This document shows, one piece after another, positions 7,409 to 11,213 of a stretch of 11,213 bases of DNA; the stretch's first letter is position 1; every line of letters begins with the position of its first letter. The notes below the pieces were generated by a model. It made no database searches, was not told where the DNA came from, and was given only the letters and a program-made list of their open reading frames with translations. The DNA comes from Thermodesulfobacteriota bacterium. Its GTDB lineage: Bacteria > Desulfobacterota_D > UBA1144 > Nemesobacterales > N074bin48. The stretch spans positions 1 through 11,213 of the forward strand of contig JBFFSH010000084.1 in assembly GCA_041572575.1 (NCBI GenBank), read 5' to 3'. The position numbers and the translations under genes are program-made.

Positions 7409-7522
7409 ATGACCCCAAAGGAACTAGCAATACAGTACCCACGCTGGATGTTAGAACTTGTACTAGAAATACAAGAACAAGATATGGGTAAAAGCCATCC
7501 AGGAGAAAACTCTCCAACTTAA
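7409..7522 (+). CDS. Putative 37-aa small protein (not in ORF track)
   Basis: MTPKELAIQYPRWMLELVLEIQEQDMGKSHPGENSPT; TATTAAAT at 7378-7385 (-31). Confidence 0.3.
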   Translation: MTPKELAIQYPRWMLELVLEIQEQDMGKSHPGENSPT

Positions 7523-7574
7523 CAATAATTAACCTGGCTCTATATTGTTTGTTATTGTATACGAAAATAATGGG

Positions 7575-7603
7575 TTGACTTTGAATTCTAAAATTAATAC
7601 AAT
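7575..7603 (+). promoter_or_regulatory. Bacterial sigma70 promoter
   Basis: TTGACT (7575-7580)-N17-TACAAT (7598-7603), upstream of the lipoprotein pseudogene. Confidence 0.65.
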
Positions 7604-7670
7604 CGAATTAATGTAATCGCAGTTTGAGTATATTATTTAAGTATGGAGGAAACTAGACACGAAAACTCTA

Positions 7671-8212
7671 ATGCATTATAGGGGGGGGCAGGTAGTCTTA
7701 CAATATCTTTATTATGTTTTTTTATAGTTGGATTACATATAGGGTGTAGTTCTAATGGTAGTGATGTTGGTTTAAACGATAATGGGGAAGTAAATTCTGA
7801 GGTTCAAATTTCTATTCCACAAGAATTAATAGACTTATTTATTGATGGATCTACTGGGAATGCTATATATACAGATCGATTTACTGAAACTACTGGTAAT
7901 AGTAATGTTACTATAGAGAGCGCATAATACTGTTTGAGTAGTCCTGATGATCCAGATTTTGTTGAAATATGTGTAGATGTAGATGCTCAAGAATTAATTG
8001 AAGATAATGGTTCAAACATTATTCCTGCTGGTGGAATTTTAGATTATCAGCAGACTTATTTTGCTTTAGAAGGTAGAACTATTGAAAGGACAAATACATA
8101 CATGTTGAGGGATAATAACAATAATATATTAATGCTTCAGTCTAAAGTAAGTTTAGATGCCAATGATTTAGAAAGTTTAGTGTTTGAAGTAATGAGTCCC
8201 GCACAAAACTAG
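7671..8212 (+). pseudogene. Putative bacterial lipoprotein, disrupted (G8-tract frameshift or TAG7679, plus premature TAA7925)
   Basis: The frame of ORF 7934..8212 is open from 7682 (GGAGSLTISLLCFFIVGLHIG-CSSNGS...) except for TAA at 7925-7927. ATG7671 joins this frame if G8 (7681-7688) were G9. The lipobox is imperfect. Confidence 0.6.
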
Positions 8213-8320
8213 CTAAGTTAGTTTTTCTTAACCTATACTATCTATATCATTATAATTCTTGGATTATTTAGTCTGCCAATTTATATTAATTACTATTTGT
8301 ATGCTTAGCTTTTGTTAATT

Positions 8321-8647
8321 TTAATATAATATTTTTTCTAATTCATAGATGATGTAGAGTTTTTGTTGGTGTTCGATTTTGCCGCATTTGAGTTGTTCAT
8401 AGCTCCATTCTTTGGTTTGGAATTGTCTTCTTAAAGATACCGGTAAGAGTAGGTATTTGGCGTAGTTGGACCTGCTTCCGGTTTTTATGATGGTGGCTTT
8501 TTCTGTGATAGTTTCTGGTGAGAAGATTTTGAGGGTTTCTAAGTCTCCGTTGAGTTGTTTGTATTCGTTTATGTGTATGTGGGCTTTTACTTCGATTGTG
8601 TCTTGATCATCATGTGTTCTTATATTTTTGATTAACGTGTCTATCAC
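8321..8647 (-). CDS. Hypothetical beta-rich protein, possibly AbrB/MazE-like swapped-hairpin DNA-binding
   Basis: 108-aa ORF; ATIIKTG...KYLLLPVSLRRQF resembles the AbrB G-x-x-x-x-IP-x-x-IR motif. The GTG start is uncertain. Confidence 0.5.
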   Translation of the reverse strand: MIDTLIKNIRTHDDQDTIEVKAHIHINEYKQLNGDLETLKIFSPETITEKATIIKTGSRSNYAKYLLLPVSLRRQFQTKEWSYEQLKCGKIEHQQKLYIIYELEKILY

Positions 8648-8700
8648 CCTGCCCTATTATTACAAGATCATATATGGATAAGTAATATTGTTTATAATAA

Positions 8701-9099
8701 TTATGTTTCATCATTTATTTCGTAGAACACTTTATACCCATCTGTGCTTCTTTGTAATAATCCTTTATCCATAAGAAGAGAGAAGTATTCATTGGCCTTG
8801 TTCTTTCCGATTCGTGTTTCTTTAACAAGTTTGGAGAAATAGACTTTTTTGTATTGTTTCGTTTCGTAGTCGTATTGGTTTAAGAGGTATTGTATGATTT
8901 TTTGGTGTGGATAACGAATGTCAGGGTCAGAATAGATCTGTTCTAAAATTATATTCTTTGATTGTAAGTTTTTCTGTTTTGTTTTTTTATCGTTGCTAAG
9001 TGCTTTGTTAAAGAATTGAAATGTTCTCCTACCCTGTTCTTGTAGTTGGTCTAGTTGTTGTTCTATTGATTGCAATTTTTCTAGAATAGGATCATCCAT
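8701..9099 (-). CDS. Winged-helix DNA-binding protein with N-terminal coiled coil
   Basis: LEKLQSIEQQLDQLQE coiled coil; HQKIIQYL...FSKLVKETRIGKNKANEYFSLLMDKGLLQRSTDGYKVFYEI wHTH pattern. Confidence 0.72.
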   Translation of the reverse strand: MDDPILEKLQSIEQQLDQLQEQGRRTFQFFNKALSNDKKTKQKNLQSKNIILEQIYSDPDIRYPHQKIIQYLLNQYDYETKQYKKVYFSKLVKETRIGKNKANEYFSLLMDKGLLQRSTDGYKVFYEINDET

Positions 9100-9224
9100 T
9101 TTTGTTTTTACTTCTGAGTAGATACTGGTGCATTACCTTGCTTTCCTATTTATAAAGTCTATGTCGATAAACGGTTCTGTCTTGGATAGTGGGGTTTTTA
9201 TATTCTGGAATTAGTCATTATTCC

Positions 9225-9935
9225 ATGAACTACTATTCACTACTCGAAAGGGAGGACAAAGAAGTAAGGGTATATAAACAAGAGCCTAAATCCATTTACT
9301 TAATGGTTCACGGTGAATATCACTCTCCTTTAATCTTAAAAGAAAAACCGAAGAAACAAGAAAACAAGACTGAATCGATAGATGATATAGTTAAGCCATC
9401 AGAAAAACAACTGCTCAACAGAGAACTTCTTGTAGAAGACCATCCACACTACTTAGAAAACAAAGACTTGCTCAAGGATTACCCAGACCTCATGCAAAAA
9501 AACTTCAACATGTATGAGCTAAAAATAACAAAAGAAAAAAATGGAGACTACCAAGTACAAAGCTTATCAAGCCCCAGATCAGTATATGAAACCTTCAAAC
9601 AACGGGCAGAACAACAAGATAGAGAAGAACTACTCGCTATATTCGTAAACACCAAGAATGAACTCATAGGTTATCAGCAAGTAGCCGTAGGCACTCTATC
9701 CTATGTTGTCACAAGCCCACGAGAGATTATTAAATCGGCTATCCTTGCTAATGCAGCCAGCATACTACTCATGCACAACCATCCCTCCGGTGACCCAACA
9801 CCCTCAAAAGAAGACATCGAACTTACCAATATAATTAAGAATGCTTGTAAGCTCATGGATATACCCTTCCTCGACCATGTAATCATCGGAGACAACGGTA
9901 GATACACTTCTCTAAGACAGCTTGGGAAAATTTAA
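9225..9935 (+). CDS. radC: RadC-like JAB/MPN-domain protein with atypical N-terminal extension
   Basis: E (DREE)...GTL...PREI...HNHPSGDPTPSKED...LDHVIIG. ATG9225 (TTTTTATA at 9195-9202) is preferred over GTG9189. The JAB-like part starts near ATG9510. Confidence 0.9.
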   Translation: MNYYSLLEREDKEVRVYKQEPKSIYLMVHGEYHSPLILKEKPKKQENKTESIDDIVKPSEKQLLNRELLVEDHPHYLENKDLLKDYPDLMQKNFNMYELKITKEKNGDYQVQSLSSPRSVYETFKQRAEQQDREELLAIFVNTKNELIGYQQVAVGTLSYVVTSPREIIKSAILANAASILLMHNHPSGDPTPSKEDIELTNIIKNACKLMDIPFLDHVIIGDNGRYTSLRQLGKI

Positions 9936-9936
9936 C

Positions 9937-11031
9937 TTATGATATTTTTAATTTATCGGTTTTAACCTCTTCGTTTTTGAGCCAAGGTAATTTCTCTACA
10001 GTACCAGCCAAGTGTTCAGGTGTCAGATGAGCATAGATCATAGTAGTTGTGATGGTGGAGTGTCCGAGTAATTGCTGAACGCTTTTTAGGTCAACTCCTG
10101 ACATAATTAGATGGGAGGCGAATGTATGTCTGAGTGTGTGGATTGTGACATTTTTCAAATTTGCTTTTTTACATGCACGTACAAATGATTTTCTTATTGA
10201 CTCCACAGAGCTTCCGTCTTCATTGCAGAATACATAGTTTTTCTGGCAGGGTAGGCGGGGATGAATTATCTCTTTGAATGTTTTTGTGCAGTTCTGAGCA
10301 ATATAAAATTTGTTTAACCAGTGGAGTTTTTGTTCGACTTCATGGTTCATGGGAACATACCTTATGGTATTTGTCTTTGTTGCAATCACCCTGATTCTGT
10401 TGCGCTTGAAGTCGATATCATCAAACCGTAGTCTTCTACGTTCACCATCACGCAATCCTGTATTTAATAAAACAACAATGATTGCTTCAAGCCAGGGTGG
10501 GGCGGCAAGCAATAAAGAAGTGACTTCTTCCCTTGTAAGGAAGCGAGGTTCCCTTTTCTCGACTCTCAATAACTTAACACCACTAAAAGGACTGCGATGC
10601 AAGTAATGCCACTCAACACACTTATTAAACATATTAGATAAACACCGCAGTTCGATGTTAACCGTGCGAGGAGAAACTTTTTCCTTAGTACGTACTCTCT
10701 TATACCGCTCGATATCGTGATTAGTAATATGAGGAAGCTGCATAGTACCAAAAAACTTTCTTAGACGCTTTAAGCTTACAACATCCCGTTCATACGTGCG
10801 CTTTGCTTTATTAGTCTGTGAATAAGCAAGATACTCATCAGCAAAATCATCGAACAAAACTTGTTTCTCTTCGAGTATCCCATAGTTCTTTTTTTGCAAC
10901 TCGACTTCCAAATGTCTCAAAACATTCTTAGCTTCAGACTTGGAAACCTTGCCGAGCTTCTTCCATATCCTCCTGCCTCCTATCGCAAAGACAGCGTACC
11001 AAATACCTCTTTTATTCTGTATGGATGCCAT
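9937..11031 (-). CDS. Phage-type tyrosine integrase (arm-binding, core-binding and catalytic domains)
   Basis: TGLRDGE (R), ATKT (K), HTLRH, LLGH, MIYAH (Y) are all intact. SD GGAGGTG; adjacent to the tRNA 3' end. Confidence 0.95.
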   Translation of the reverse strand: MASIQNKRGIWYAVFAIGGRRIWKKLGKVSKSEAKNVLRHLEVELQKKNYGILEEKQVLFDDFADEYLAYSQTNKAKRTYERDVVSLKRLRKFFGTMQLPHITNHDIERYKRVRTKEKVSPRTVNIELRCLSNMFNKCVEWHYLHRSPFSGVKLLRVEKREPRFLTREEVTSLLLAAPPWLEAIIVVLLNTGLRDGERRRLRFDDIDFKRNRIRVIATKTNTIRYVPMNHEVEQKLHWLNKFYIAQNCTKTFKEIIHPRLPCQKNYVFCNEDGSSVESIRKSFVRACKKANLKNVTIHTLRHTFASHLIMSGVDLKSVQQLLGHSTITTTMIYAHLTPEHLAGTVEKLPWLKNEEVKTDKLKIS

Positions 11032-11069
11032 TACAACACCTCCGAAATTGTGAAATTATTCGGATAAAC

Positions 11070-11152
11070 GGTTAGACATAGGTTAGAAAGGATAAAACTT
11101 AATGAAGAATATTAAGTCTTAGTATAGTATAACTGCCCGTAATGATTAGACA
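11070..11152. repeat. Short direct repeats, candidate integrase arm-type sites
   Basis: GGTTAGACA (11070-11078), GGTTAGAAA (11081-11089) and GATTAGACA (11144-11152), between the integrase and the tRNA. Confidence 0.5.
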
Positions 11153-11160
11153 AATAAGTT

Positions 11161-11213
11161 CGCGCCCGAGAGGATTCGAACCTCTGACCTACGGATTAGA
11201 AGTCCGTTGCTCT
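11161..11213 (-). tRNA. tRNA-Arg(UCU), 3' portion (cut by window edge); probable att site
   Basis: Minus strand AGAGCA-ACGGA-CTTCTAA-TCCGT-AGGTC-AGAGG-TTCGAAT-CCTCT-CGGGCGC-G; anticodon TCT; no encoded CCA. Confidence 0.95.

Larger units (their letters stand above)
1..11160. mobile_element. tRNA-Arg-anchored genomic island/integrative element (left boundary not seen)
   Basis: Integrase abutting the tRNA 3' end, mobile-element genes (RadC, DUF6876-like, second recombinase), an IS and pseudogenes. No second copy of the tRNA 3' end was found in the window. Confidence 0.7.

Noticed and set aside
625..7927. Stop-codon reassignment to explain the in-frame TGA625 and TAA7925
   Set aside because: The two stops are different codons, both genes have additional lesions, and intact genes end normally at TAA/TAG/TGA.
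5749..9614. 14-bp direct repeat AACGGGCAGAACAA (5749-5762, 9601-9614)
   Set aside because: Both copies lie inside coding sequence (RAEQ); likely coincidence.
1253..11067. ORF-track entries 1253..1492, 2431..2619, 3904..4116, 3959..4186, 4574..4837, 5366..5611, 7024..7329, 9701..9907, 10310..10606, 10566..10751, 10861..11067
   Set aside because: Antisense or alternative-frame shadows of better-supported genes, or translations of T-rich tracts; no motifs.
9166..11073. 11-bp direct repeat GATAAACGGTT (9166-9176, 11063-11073) flanking radC and the integrase
   Set aside because: Matches of this length are expected by chance in 11 kb of AT-rich DNA; no other support.
1..11160. Second att copy of the tRNA 3' end; CRISPR array
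   Set aside because: No duplicate of CTCGGGCGCG/TTCGAATCC seen by eye, and no regularly spaced repeat-spacer units.

Overview
AT-rich accessory region that looks like the right arm of a genomic island integrated at a bacterial-type tRNA-Arg(UCU) (3' part at 11161-11213, minus strand), with an intact phage-type tyrosine integrase next to the tRNA. The left end holds bacterial cargo: the left end of an IS3-family element inserted exactly into an lgt gene, a decayed SHOCT membrane-protein gene, a Met-rich diheme cytochrome c and a tyrosine-recombinase remnant. Between about 1.95 and 9.94 kb lies a compact module: a HerA/FtsK-superfamily ATPase, a DUF6876-like gene, two paralogous PC4-like small proteins, a Cys-rich peptide, an RHH protein, a coiled-coil protein, a divergent Zn-ribbon tyrosine recombinase, AbrB-like and wHTH proteins, and RadC/JAB. 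This module carries archaeal-style expression signals (TATA-like boxes about 30 nt before SD-less ATGs, GAGGTG SD, oligo-T runs), two prominent non-coding hairpins and an extreme G/T versus A/C strand skew. It is interrupted by a sigma70-driven bacterial lipoprotein pseudogene. Best hypothesis (inference): an undescribed archaeal-like integrative/mobilisable ssDNA-transfer module embedded in a bacterial island. Family calls come from motif recognition only; no searches were run.
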